Part shown: piece after piece, positions 33,155-44,057 of the stretch
How the letters are laid out: each line of letters starts with the position of its first letter
Position numbering within the stretch: the first letter of the stretch is position 1
Source: Nematocida ausubeli
Taxonomy: Eukaryota
Direction: 5' to 3'
NCBI RefSeq assembly: GCF_000738915.1
Contig: NW_026515634.1
Location: forward strand, 599,156 to 663,155
DNA: 64,000 bases
Made by a program: the position numbers and the translations under genes
The notes under the pieces: model-generated
What the model was told of the DNA's origin: nothing
The model's database searches: none
What the model saw: only the letters and a program-made list of their open reading frames with translations

Positions 33155-33805
33155 TTATTTAGTAATAGAGTCAATTGTGTCTTGGAGATAGTATACATTG
33201 ATCTTTTCATTAGGAGATGTGAGTGTAAGAATGGTTTCCTCTGGGTTTGGGGAGGATGGAAAATCAAGAAATGTCCCAGGAGGTGTTTTAATTGCAAACA
33301 GCGATGACTCTGCTGAATCATCTAACTCTTTTAAGTCTGTATATGTTACATATGCTCGATTTATGTTCTCTTCGTGGTTTGCGAGGGCCTGCAGTTCTGT
33401 GTTTACTCTATTTAACTGGCTGTCGATATCCTTTTCTATTTTAAGAAGTTCCTTCACTTCTTCTGTTTCTCTTCCTGCAGTTAGGGATACTCCTCCGCAG
33501 TGAATGCATTTGTTACTTCCGTGGTCCTTTATGTACTGTATGTTGTTTTTCAGCTTTTTCTTGATGAACCCAACGCCCTCTAGGACATTTGTAATATCAT
33601 ACAGTCTTCGTTTGTGAGTCTCAAGTACTGATGCGGCATAGTTTAGATCTAATTCGTATTCTGGCGAGTCTTTAAGCAAGCGCAGAAACCTTTTGGAAAG
33701 CACTCCCAGAGAGCTGCCAGTTCTGCCTGCTGACGACGCCCTGGGCTCTGATGTGTCCAAGTCAGAGAAGAAAGAGAATAGACTACTTTCCTGAGGATTA
33801 TGCAT
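33155..33805 (-). CDS. E2F: E2F-family transcription factor
   Basis: SLGVLSKRF, KRRLYDITNVLEG DNA-binding signature, coiled coil and marked box (AYVTYTDL, AIKTPPGT). Confidence 0.92.
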   Translation of the reverse strand: MHNPQESSLFSFFSDLDTSEPRASSAGRTGSSLGVLSKRFLRLLKDSPEYELDLNYAASVLETHKRRLYDITNVLEGVGFIKKKLKNNIQYIKDHGSNKCIHCGGVSLTAGRETEEVKELLKIEKDIDSQLNRVNTELQALANHEENINRAYVTYTDLKELDDSAESSLFAIKTPPGTFLDFPSSPNPEETILTLTSPNEKINVYYLQDTIDSITK

Positions 33806-33839
33806 GGGAAATAAAAATGGATGGAATTTCTATTTTTTC

Positions 33840-34352
33840 ATGGAGTATTTGCTGTGCGGAATCCCAACAGATATTGAAAATCTAGTAAAGTACGTCCAGC
33901 TTACTGAAGACGAGTGCAGAGTTGAAGAAGTATCTGAAGTGTCGTATTCCATAAGCAGGTACCAGATACTTATCAGCAAGCACAAAGAGATTGGCGCCGA
34001 GAAGGACCAGAAGGAGAGGCACACCATAAGCATCATATACCCTGCAGATAAAAGCAAGTCAAGAAAAGCGCTAAGCCGGAAGAAAACAACAACCGACTTC
34101 ACAAGCAATGAAATTCATTTGCTCATGGAGGAGCTTGGCTGCAAAAATAAAGGAGCCAGAGCGTACACGAGAAGCACATATAAATACAAAGAGGCAGAAA
34201 TAGTTGTAGTGAAAAAAGGAGAGGATGTATTAGTAGTGGTGAGGACAGAGAGCCCAGACAGCGAAACCATTCTTGAGGATATAAAGAACAGGCTAAGACT
34301 GTGGGTTAATCTAATAGTTCCTCCTGAGGACACGCACGACTGTCTACTGTAG
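33840..34352 (+). CDS. MED18: Mediator subunit 18-like protein
   Basis: MEYLLCG start and LLMEELG pattern resemble Med18; ATG 33840 preferred. Confidence 0.5.
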   Translation: MEYLLCGIPTDIENLVKYVQLTEDECRVEEVSEVSYSISRYQILISKHKEIGAEKDQKERHTISIIYPADKSKSRKALSRKKTTTDFTSNEIHLLMEELGCKNKGARAYTRSTYKYKEAEIVVVKKGEDVLVVVRTESPDSETILEDIKNRLRLWVNLIVPPEDTHDCLL

Positions 34353-34885
34353 AAGGAAGCATAATGTAATGGAAATAACTCTGCCTAGGCTGTAAATACA
34401 CTGAATATACACTAGCGCACTAACATGCTCCATCATGTGAGGCCTATAGGCAGACCATCTTTTTCTTTCGCATTAAAGGGATTTTGCATACTACAAGCAA
34501 TAACCTCCTCATGCCTGCATAAAAGGCCGTTAAAGCATGCTCTCTTTTATGTCTGATTGAAGAAGCCATGCTGTTTCTAGTATGGTCTGATGAAAAGCAG
34601 TTTTAACTAAGATGCTTGTTTTCTTTCAATGTAGGATAGAGCTGCCAAACAATCCAAAGGAGAGCACACCTTCAGCTCTTCGCATGCATAGGGCGGATTC
34701 TTCTGTTGTGTGCACTCTTTCTGTCTGTATAGAATAAATGTCTTTTGCTATGCATATACTATCCTAGTATGGAGATATTTGCTTATGGCAAACTTAATTT
34801 AGAAAATGCATGTTGCTTTGGAATATTCTGAGAATTAAATAAGCAATAATGCCAATAGGTATAAATTAGTAGTATTTTATATGTA

Positions 34886-35911
34886 TTAGTATTCTATACA
34901 AGATGCATGCACGTGCACATCTGAAAAAAGGTGTGATAGGTCTTTGTTTATGTAGCTGTCTTCAGAGAAGTTAATGTCAATATTGGCGCTGCACTCAGTA
35001 ATGTCCTCATCCAGTAGTATACAGCGAATTGTTTTCTTGGCTAAGTGATTATCCAATGTCTGTATATTCAGAAGAGCTCTTATTTCTGCAGAAAGCGTGC
35101 ACGCTGCGCAATTGGACTGCGCAATGATTTCAGAAATACTCGTTCTTATTGCAGGAGGCAGGTGATAGAAGATGTTTCTAAGATAGTTATCAAATGACTG
35201 GATAGGCACCTGGTGTCTGCTTTCTATTTCTTTGATCATCCTGTAAAAGTCACTCTTTTTGGCTTCCAGAGCACTGAGATATTTTTTGTATGCAATAAGA
35301 AAGAATGTGGCCTCCTTGGATAGAAAAATATCTTCGTTTCCTAGGTAGAGCACATATTTTTCAAAAAGCCTGCAAAGTTCGCTCTTTGTCTGCTCGCTAT
35401 CTTCTATAAAATACTCCTTGCTCTTTAAAAGAACAGATGCCAGGCGAATTGCATTCACAGAAACAACTGTCTCCAGATGGCACCTGACTTGGTCTCGCAC
35501 ACTCTTAAGCACAGTTGCACGGGCTACTATGTCAAGTGTGCCTGCTGATATTAATGTATCCATCTTAAGAATTGCATTTATGAGGCCGCACCACTCTTCT
35601 TCCTGGCTTTCTTCTATTATGCTCGTTCTAGCATGCGCTGAATACACCTCTAAAACATCCCCTATTTCGATCAGAGGCTGAACAACACTTGGAGATATCT
35701 TTATGCCCATTGCATGGATCAGCTTCATGGCACACTCTATTACTGTGCTGCTTCTCTCTTCGCATAAGAGGGAGAAGGCATCTTGCATTATCTCTTTGCA
35801 GGAGGCTTCTGACGCCTTTGCCTGGCCCGCCATTCTTCGGAAATACTCTTCGTACTCTAGATGGTCTCCCTGGAAGTCTTTTAAATCTATTAAGCGACGG
35901 GTGTGCATCAT
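34886..35911 (-). CDS. Hypothetical helical-repeat protein
   Basis: 341-aa ORF with helical composition. Confidence 0.75.
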   Translation of the reverse strand: MMHTRRLIDLKDFQGDHLEYEEYFRRMAGQAKASEASCKEIMQDAFSLLCEERSSTVIECAMKLIHAMGIKISPSVVQPLIEIGDVLEVYSAHARTSIIEESQEEEWCGLINAILKMDTLISAGTLDIVARATVLKSVRDQVRCHLETVVSVNAIRLASVLLKSKEYFIEDSEQTKSELCRLFEKYVLYLGNEDIFLSKEATFFLIAYKKYLSALEAKKSDFYRMIKEIESRHQVPIQSFDNYLRNIFYHLPPAIRTSISEIIAQSNCAACTLSAEIRALLNIQTLDNHLAKKTIRCILLDEDITECSANIDINFSEDSYINKDLSHLFSDVHVHASCIEY

Positions 35912-36850
35912 TTCTAAATTTTACTGTAATAGAAAATTAAAATAAAGAAAATTGTAAGCTATGTCTGTGCTCTCTAGTGGATTATGCCAGAGGCCTTAAT
36001 GAGAAAAGTATTCACAGATAGATGCAGAATTGTCTTAGTTTATTTTTACAGCGTATGCACTTGATTTACATTGTATTTTCTAGAAAACAAAGGGGTATGT
36101 GCACACTTAACTACTGCGAAATTTAAATAACAGACACACCCTATTAATGCATGATTTTCAACAAACTCCTTTAAAATAAGCACACTAAAAGTTTTGAGGT
36201 CTTTTTCACCAGCCATTTCTGGTATGAGATAGTCTTATTGGATAAGTACATGTATTTAAGTAAAATCAAGTTTGGTAAGTTCTCAGGCCTTTGCCCTATA
36301 GTGAAGACGTATTCTATATCCAAAGCTGCGTAGTAAGCGACTTAGTATTAGATGTGTATCATCCTTAGTGGATTTCTAAGCTGCTTGCTTTCGTGTGTCT
36401 GTATATAATATTCGTATGTATTCGGTGGTTTGGGGAGTGGCGTGCATGATTCTTTATTTTATCTCTGCATGGGATAAGTGCCTTGAAGGGTCTTTCTATT
36501 TGCAATATAATTTTATTTTCCTGTGCTTTCGTCTTTTTTTGACTAAATCAAACCTTTCACTAAAGAATATATGTTTTGCAAAATGAAAGCCTTAAACTCA
36601 GCAAAAATAAATATAGCGTAGAATTTAAATAAAAAATACATAGGAGCATATATTAATAGTAAAAAGTAAAATACAATGAACACATTTATTTAGAGAAAAC
36701 AACCCGAATATATGTAATCTAGACATAGTACCTAAAGGAATGCACTACGTATGACAATAGCAAGTATTAACTTTAGAAGACTTATTTTCTTAAAGGGGCT
36801 ATTATTAGACTTTAGTCCATATACAGAAACTCAATAAATGGGGTGGTTTT

Positions 36851-37134
36851 TATAATAAAATTCCCACTTGTCAAACTCGAGGCTATGAGATTTCTGGTAT
36901 AAAAGAAAATAACTCTAGAAAATCCATGGATAAAAAGAGCGCTATATAATCACATAAGAATATTAAGAGAGCAGCACTTTTCAGTCACTAAGAACAACCT
37001 AAGTACAGAGGGAGGCATCCAAAGTAATCCAAAAAACCATAAAAATATACGAATAAAACTCTCTTGACAACTACTCTATTTATTCTAAGCTACTGTCTTC
37101 TTGCTGGAACTTCGCCCTATTTGGGCATGTCACA
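36851..37134 (+). mobile_element. Solo-LTR-like repeat, copy D
   Basis: TATAATAAAATTCCCAC start, CTATATAA, AATAAA, ends TTGGGCATGTCACA; colinear with copy C. Confidence 0.65.
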
Positions 37135-37153
37135 AAGCAACACTAAATTTGGC

Positions 37154-37903
37154 TCATACGCAATTGTTGCTGGCCAAATTAGCACAATAACTGTATAAAA
37201 GGTTGGTGTATATAGTGCATGGATGTAAAAGAATCAAGTTTATGAACATATTAGCTAATGACATGTAGAGATCATGAAGAACAATTTTCTGATCGGTTTT
37301 TTCTTCAGGAGTTTTAAGTCTCCATACATATACTAAACTATATACTGCACATACTGTCTCTAAATTGGCGCACAAATGGAATGAATATGACAGGATCAAT
37401 GAAAGTCCAATATTCAATCTATAAACAAATAAACTGGAATCATCCACAAGCCCAAAAAGCATACCTGCTGTTAGAAATCCAACGAAACAAATAATAAACC
37501 TGCCTCGATTGGGTTTTATAGTAGTAGTTCCATTACCAATTAAACTTTTATAAAAATCAAGTCCATATCGTGCTAGACAGGTAATAAATGAATAACCCAA
37601 TACAACAAGCCAGCAGATGGCATAGAATACTAGAGATGTTGAACGTATATTATCTTTTTCGAAAAAACGGCTACTAATGAATGAAGATCCAAGTACAAAA
37701 GTAGATAGTAGAATTAAAAAACAGATGATATACTCCATAGCCCAAACAATGTACTCATGCCATTTAAGATACTTTTTCATGTTTTCATTATTATTTTCTA
37801 CATTTGTATTAGATTCGTCCTCCACCAAACGAAGATAATCAGCAACTTCACCTGGATTACTTCCAATAATTTTACTACAAGTATATTTAGCTGCGCTAAG
37901 CAT
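37154..37903 (-). CDS. Multi-pass membrane protein, lineage-specific
   Basis: 249 aa with about five hydrophobic segments. Confidence 0.75.
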   Translation of the reverse strand: MLSAAKYTCSKIIGSNPGEVADYLRLVEDESNTNVENNNENMKKYLKWHEYIVWAMEYIICFLILLSTFVLGSSFISSRFFEKDNIRSTSLVFYAICWLVVLGYSFITCLARYGLDFYKSLIGNGTTTIKPNRGRFIICFVGFLTAGMLFGLVDDSSLFVYRLNIGLSLILSYSFHLCANLETVCAVYSLVYVWRLKTPEEKTDQKIVLHDLYMSLANMFINLILLHPCTIYTNLLYSYCANLASNNCV

Positions 37904-37961
37904 GCCATTTATTTCTCACTCTATATTTATAGACCACAGCTCATTCATTTATCAGTAATAC

Positions 37962-38043
37962 GCATTCATTAACAAACAAAATATAGCTAGTAATAGTAAT
38001 ATGCATTCATTAACAAACAAAATATAGAGAGTAATAGTAATAT
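37962..38043. repeat. 41-bp direct tandem duplication
   Basis: GCATTCATTAACAAACAAAATATAG(CT/AG)AGTAATAGTAATAT twice. Confidence 0.9.
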
Positions 38044-38943
38044 GAGTATTTAATTTTAATTAAGCAAATGTAATTTCCCATTCTCTTAATATTTTTCTTA
38101 TAAAAATCCTACTAGTTGAGAAAACTACCAATATGCATCTATCTTGTTGACTTAGAGAGGGGCTTCATGCTCCTCAAGGCAAAGACCAACGAGGTCTATT
38201 TGAGAATTATTGTATATAAAGGACAGCGAGTCTCTTTTGTTCAAAAGACAAAGCATTCATATGCTTAGTAGCCAATTCGGGTTATTTTTCAAAAAATATG
38301 CTAGTTTTAAATTTCTACTTTTAAAGAGCACTAGCGTATGGTAGTTACATAACTTGAATTATTTTCATTAAGACAGGCATATGTGTTGGTTTTCTCTGTG
38401 CTAGGAGAGTGAAATACTCTTTTCTGTTCAGCAATATAATTTTATACTGACAATTATCCCTTTTTATTTTAGCTATAGGCTAATGCACTACAAGAAAATT
38501 TACTTGTTTAAAACAGCAAACAAAGCAAATAGATACTGGCTATATTTTCTTAATTCACCAATAAGATTCTACTCTTAGGATACTACATTAGTTTGTAGCT
38601 GCCACTAGAAAAACTGTAAATAGACGACAAGAAATAATTATATCCAGTCTAGTACGACTAAGTCTAGTAGTTTAGAGAGAAAAACTCAGCTTTTTTTATT
38701 TTCGACAATTATTTTCAGACTGAAATTTTCTTTCCCTTTTAGAACACAAATAAACCAAATTCTATTGCATGCGAATAAATACTTATATAGCTAGAACAAT
38801 GCAACAAAATTATCTAAAGGCGTAGCCCAAATATAAAACAAAAAGATTATTTATCTTGTTTTATTAGTGGGTAGGCAGCAGTAGGTAATTTTATTTCCTT
38901 TTATAACTGCCAAGGTATAAATTGAGAAAATTTTAATTCGCTC

Positions 38944-40065
38944 ATGAGTTTAATTGATAAAAATGAGAGCAATATAATTGCAGGCCCATCTAATGGTTCT
39001 GGCATAGAAGCAAGAGTAGAAAATACACAGAGACCAACAGAGCAGCAAAGAGGTCTAAACAATGATCTTCCAACAACCTCAGCAGGTGCAAATCATTGGA
39101 ATATGGAGGTTCCTAGCGAAACTGAAGGAATGCAAGCAGGCACAAAAGAAATAAATTTTAACAATGAGTCTGTGCTGACTAAAACCATGAATGTTTTAAA
39201 AGACAAAGCAGGTGAAGCATACAGCACATTAAATAAACTTGAGACAGTGTATGTGGATAAATTCGCTGAGAAAATGAGAGCAGTAGGTCTCCCAATTACT
39301 GAAGAGACACATGACTATACTGAGCTCAGGCCTATGGGAGGACCAGTTGTTGAAAAGAACTCGCAGGGAATAAATACTGTGGAAGGTACTATGTACACTG
39401 AAAGTAAGCCTGAAGGATTTGACTGGGAGAAGTTAAGAAGAGACCGTGAGAATGCTTTGAATCAGATATCTGATTTGATAGGAACAAAACACTTAACGGC
39501 TCATATGAAAACAATCCATACATCAATATTGTGCATACTTACCTCTCTTCTACTAGGAGTATCATTTTATTCTATGACTATGGGAATTAGGCTGATTAGC
39601 AGACATTTTAAACTTTCATTCTCAGGATCTATGCATTCAATGAGCTTGCTTATAGTGACTTTAGTCGGGATATTAACAGCCCTAAATTGTATAAGTGTTT
39701 TAGTGATAGCTGCTACTGATCTGTGGTGTAGAAAAACCAAACCAAATATGGCTGCTTCAATAGGAGTATTAGTATACGGTATGATAGCAGTTGTATGTGG
39801 AATATTCTATCCAGTTTCATTAAATCCATACAAGATAAGCGTAGACTTATATTGGATTGCAGCCTCTCTTCTTGCAACTGTTGCATTTACCATATATATA
39901 GTATTGTTTAGAAAAACAATCAATATTGGAATGCAAAATTGGGTGAAAACATCTATGTTTAAGCCTAGAATCGTAAGAATCATTTGTTTCGCCACATTGA
40001 TGGTAGCTTTCGTTGCATTAGCATATTTTATTCAGAAAACAAACACAAATAATGTGACTGTTTGA
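38944..40065 (+). CDS. Multi-pass membrane protein with long polar N-terminus
   Basis: 373 aa; about five C-terminal hydrophobic segments. Confidence 0.8.
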   Translation: MSLIDKNESNIIAGPSNGSGIEARVENTQRPTEQQRGLNNDLPTTSAGANHWNMEVPSETEGMQAGTKEINFNNESVLTKTMNVLKDKAGEAYSTLNKLETVYVDKFAEKMRAVGLPITEETHDYTELRPMGGPVVEKNSQGINTVEGTMYTESKPEGFDWEKLRRDRENALNQISDLIGTKHLTAHMKTIHTSILCILTSLLLGVSFYSMTMGIRLISRHFKLSFSGSMHSMSLLIVTLVGILTALNCISVLVIAATDLWCRKTKPNMAASIGVLVYGMIAVVCGIFYPVSLNPYKISVDLYWIAASLLATVAFTIYIVLFRKTINIGMQNWVKTSMFKPRIVRIICFATLMVAFVALAYFIQKTNTNNVTV

Positions 40066-41116
40066 TTCAGTGGGTTCTAATAAAAATAAAGAAGTTCCAT
40101 TATATGATTATTACTGAGAAGAATGGCATCCAACTAGCCAAATTTATATCTCATCTTTTACTTTCTATTTTATGCCCAGAATATATTTAAATTCTTTACT
40201 GTACACTGTAGCCTTTAGTACAAAGAAAACTTCAAGAAATATTTTACGGTGCCATGGGAGTAGAAAGAGTATGGACAGAAAGTAGTAGCCCAATAAGAAT
40301 AACATTGTATTAAGTAAAGAACTTTTATTAATATGGAAAACCGTATACAAGGATACTCTGTATATTGAAATCCTTCTGGTCTAGGGATTTCTATACCATC
40401 CATATGAGATAGCCAAACTTGCTACTATAACAATTGGTAAAGCGCATTTAGCACAGAAAATCTTGTTTTTATATTTTTCGTTGGGATCTTTTAACTTTGC
40501 TATATGTACTAAACCATAAAGTGCTCCTATTACCTTTAAGCAATGAGAAAATAGAAGAAATCCACCATGAACAATGTAAATATATGAATGTCTTTATAAC
40601 CACTAGATTTTCCATACAATTCAGCAAATACAATTGATAATAGTATTCCAATATGGAAAAACATTAGTTAGATGGTGCAATACAGTAGTGAGAATTAAAT
40701 GAATAATGGTAAAAAGTCAGCCGTAAGGAAAAAGTCTACTCTAGTTAGACATAATTCCTCCAGCTATAGGACTAAATAGACTAAAAAAGAAATGTCCTCT
40801 ATTTATAGACCACTAATATTTTCATGAGTGATATAAATTCGTTAATTAAACCGAATAAAATATGATCTAAGATATAAAGAAAATAATTCCGGAAAATATA
40901 CGAATCAAAGAGTACGCATTCAAGTGATTTAGCTTTATAGTCTTATCTTAAAATAGTCTAACTAATTAATATTTTTATGCATATTACCATTTGTATTTGA
41001 TTTCCCAATAAAATGCGTCTTCTTATATGCTAAGCAGAGTGTACAATAAGCTAAAGAACCAATTTCTTTTATTTCTAGGCTAGTAATAGTCAAAATAACT
41101 TGCAGCAAAAGCTTAT

Positions 41117-41632
41117 TTATCTTAAAGTCCATAAATCATTTGGATATTCCCTATGGAACTCTCTTAATAAGTTCTGCATTGAAGTACGTATGTAGTTCAC
41201 AAAGGTTTTTCCAAGGAATTTAGAGAATCGTATAAATGTGTCTACTTCGCTGTATATGTAGATTTGCGCGTTCAAAATAGCTTCTAAAAATCTAAGAGAA
41301 GGACTAATCTCATTGGAAGCCATAACTATCACAGCGTTATCTGTATTAACTGTGTCATTGGGTGTTTCTACCTGGGGATTAGACTGGACTGGTTCAATTG
41401 GGACTTTTTTCACAAGAACAATTTTCTTCTTATCCAATAGATTCTGCATGTCATCCTTTTTAATAATAACACGTTTATTATCTTTTCTATTTAAGATATT
41501 GAGTGGTTCAGATAATGTCGGTCCAATTGCATCGGATATTTCAGAGGCCATAGTTATAATCATAAATAACCCAATGGTCCCCAAAAAAGTTAGTCCTATT
41601 ATTATAAAAGCACTGCCTCTTTGACTCACCAT
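41117..41632 (-). CDS. Hypothetical protein with N-terminal signal anchor
   Basis: AFIIIGLTFLGTIGLFMIIT hydrophobic segment. Confidence 0.7.
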   Translation of the reverse strand: MVSQRGSAFIIIGLTFLGTIGLFMIITMASEISDAIGPTLSEPLNILNRKDNKRVIIKKDDMQNLLDKKKIVLVKKVPIEPVQSNPQVETPNDTVNTDNAVIVMASNEISPSLRFLEAILNAQIYIYSEVDTFIRFSKFLGKTFVNYIRTSMQNLLREFHREYPNDLWTLR

Positions 41633-42046
41633 ATTTTTATTTTTGAAAATTTTCTATCTAAAAATGCTAATGAAAGTCATTTTTTATCCAGATAAGCAAT
41701 ATAAAAGTGTCATATTACCAGTAATATTTTACTATTTTTGTAAAAACTGTGAGATTGAAAGAGCTTTAGAGTACGTTTGAACTCACATGCAATATGAAGT
41801 CTAGTGAGAGTACATATGTTTCGGGTTATATTGGGTTATAAAAAGACAGAAGTTATATAAACTGGCTTCTTCAAATTTATATTCTATAAATAACTCAGCA
41901 TGAAAATCGTAAAAAAACTCCTTCTTGCTGTCTACTTAGTGTATCTAAGGAGGCTGTCTTTCAGACTAGACAGTAAAATTAAATAAAATGCTCAAATAGA
42001 GCAGCATTAAAACTTTATATTCTCTAAGTATAAGACATCTAGTAAT

Positions 42047-42247
42047 TCAGTCAAAATTCTTCTTTACAATGTAGCTAAGCATTCGTGCAGTTTCTTCTTC
42101 TATTTTTGAAATGTATTTGCTGTCTACGAAGAGCGTATTGTCATCTATTTCCTGTATTATGAAGTTATGCTCTCGGTTCAGTCGAATGACTATTTGCTTG
42201 ACTGAAGGGTCACATTCAATTAGCGTTCCTTTTATTGCCTTGACCAT
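42047..42247 (-). CDS. TFB5: TFIIH subunit p8/Tfb5
   Basis: MVKAIKGTLIECDPSVKQ...FIIQEIDDNTLFV. Confidence 0.93.
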   Translation of the reverse strand: MVKAIKGTLIECDPSVKQIVIRLNREHNFIIQEIDDNTLFVDSKYISKIEEETARMLSYIVKKNFD

Positions 42248-42256
42248 TTTCTGAAA

Positions 42257-43996
42257 ATGAAAGATTTTAATTGGAGCACGTGTCTTAATAAAGGAAAGAG
42301 CACTCCAGTTATTCTAAAAAAAGAAGAAAGTGACTTTATTGTGAGGGAGGGAGTATCTGGCCGCCTGTTAAACATTGGAGATAATTCAATTGAACGCATT
42401 AAAGTACTGGACCAATTGCCTGGCATAACAGAAAGACTTCTCTCTAGTATGGATTTACTAAAGAGAAGAAAAGCATTTGTTCTTTGCAGAATCACAGAGA
42501 TTGAAAGCAAAGAAGACAGAAGGGAAATTCACAAGATATATTGCATGCACCCATTCATACACACTAAGTCCCTTAGTACAACCGATGGATCAACTGATAT
42601 TTTAGTGATATTTGACACCCACCATACAATGCACACATTCTCAGGGGCACTAACGAAAAAGGGAAAAACAACACACGATGCAGTAGAAGTACTAGCAAGA
42701 TTATTAAAGATACCTAGCCATCAAATAAATTTCGCTGGGAATAAAGACAAAAAAGCCATTACAACGCAAAGAATCAGCATATCAGGAATATCCTATTTGG
42801 ATATTCAGAGGGTAGTGAAGATGATTGCACAAGAAGACAGCAAACAAGACAATATAATTGATGGTAAACCAGAAGGAAATAATTTGGGAAACCAAAATGA
42901 AAGTACAGAACCAATCGAAGAGACAGAGGTGCAGGGTGCAGAACAAGAGAATATATCTGGTAAAAATAGCAAGTTATTCACAGGAGCAAATAGGGAAGTG
43001 AAGGAAACAGACTTAGAAGATGAAGGAAATATTAAAATCCTGAAGGCAACTGACATAATGGCAGAAATAGAAAGAGTTGCAAGAGAGTTTGAAGATATAA
43101 GGGCACCAGAACAAACAGATAGTGAATATCTTGAGAAAGCAAAGAACATGAAGGATGGAATAATTCTGACCGACATAGAAAGAGTCCAAGGAGGAATTCA
43201 GCTAGGAGACTTAGACAAAAATAGATTTTATCTGAGGCTAGAGGCAACACATGGCCTAGAGGGAATTGAAGAAAGAATTACCATGTTAAAAACAGAAGGA
43301 TTCCCAAACTATTATGGAAACCAAAGATTTGGATACGGCATGAGTAACCCACTAGTAGGAGAGGCAATGATCCAAAGAGACTTCAAAAAGGCAGCAGACC
43401 TTATTCTAAAGAACCTGGAGTGCTTGGAGAACTCGCAAAGAGTGAAAAGTGCTTTAGAACACATAAATAAGCAAGAGTACTCTCAGGCAGCAGAAATTCT
43501 CCCAGGTAAATTTCAAACGGAAAAGATCATCCTTAGGTCGTTAGAGAGAAAGATTCCCCCAAAGATAATATTCTCCAGGATAAGAAGAGAAAACAGGATG
43601 ATGTACTACCACAGTTACCAAAGTAAAATATTCAATGACACCCTTGAGCAGAGACTCATTCAAGGCGTAAGAACCCAGGAGTACACAACAGATGAAACCA
43701 TTGGATCAATCACAGCAAAGAACGATATTCAGGATCTAGTGAAAGTATCTGAAAATCCCAGCATAAAGGATATTCTAATTCCACTGTACCCCACAGAGGA
43801 AATTGGTGAGAAGAAATCAGAGAGAGTGCCTGATTTAAAGGGTGGATTCAGAAAGGGAATTATTATCCCAGGGAATTTGTGCTATTCCATTGAAGGAAAT
43901 ATTCTAAGCCTTTCATTCGAACTTCCTCCTGGGACGTATGCCACGATGGTAGTGAAGGAATTGTCGTGCAATGAGGTTATAGAAGTAACTTGGTGA
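42257..43996 (+). CDS. PUS7: Pseudouridine synthase Pus7/TruD
   Basis: SDFIVRE, FAGNKDKKAITTQ, GFPNYYGNQRFG, HSYQSKIFN, FELPPGTYATMVVKE. Confidence 0.93.
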   Translation: MKDFNWSTCLNKGKSTPVILKKEESDFIVREGVSGRLLNIGDNSIERIKVLDQLPGITERLLSSMDLLKRRKAFVLCRITEIESKEDRREIHKIYCMHPFIHTKSLSTTDGSTDILVIFDTHHTMHTFSGALTKKGKTTHDAVEVLARLLKIPSHQINFAGNKDKKAITTQRISISGISYLDIQRVVKMIAQEDSKQDNIIDGKPEGNNLGNQNESTEPIEETEVQGAEQENISGKNSKLFTGANREVKETDLEDEGNIKILKATDIMAEIERVAREFEDIRAPEQTDSEYLEKAKNMKDGIILTDIERVQGGIQLGDLDKNRFYLRLEATHGLEGIEERITMLKTEGFPNYYGNQRFGYGMSNPLVGEAMIQRDFKKAADLILKNLECLENSQRVKSALEHINKQEYSQAAEILPGKFQTEKIILRSLERKIPPKIIFSRIRRENRMMYYHSYQSKIFNDTLEQRLIQGVRTQEYTTDETIGSITAKNDIQDLVKVSENPSIKDILIPLYPTEEIGEKKSERVPDLKGGFRKGIIIPGNLCYSIEGNILSLSFELPPGTYATMVVKELSCNEVIEVTW

Positions 43997-44057
43997 ATGG
44001 GCACTAAGATGTGCTGTAGTATGGTAAAAATGTACTGGAGTTTATTCATATGTCAAT

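Noticed and set aside
33804..33839. MED18 start overlapping the E2F start codon
   Set aside because: ATG 33840 has the usual T-tract context and fits the family N-terminus better.
40245..40520. Possible extra diverged copy of the LTR-like repeat
   Set aside because: Only short AT-rich matches; cannot be separated from chance by eye.
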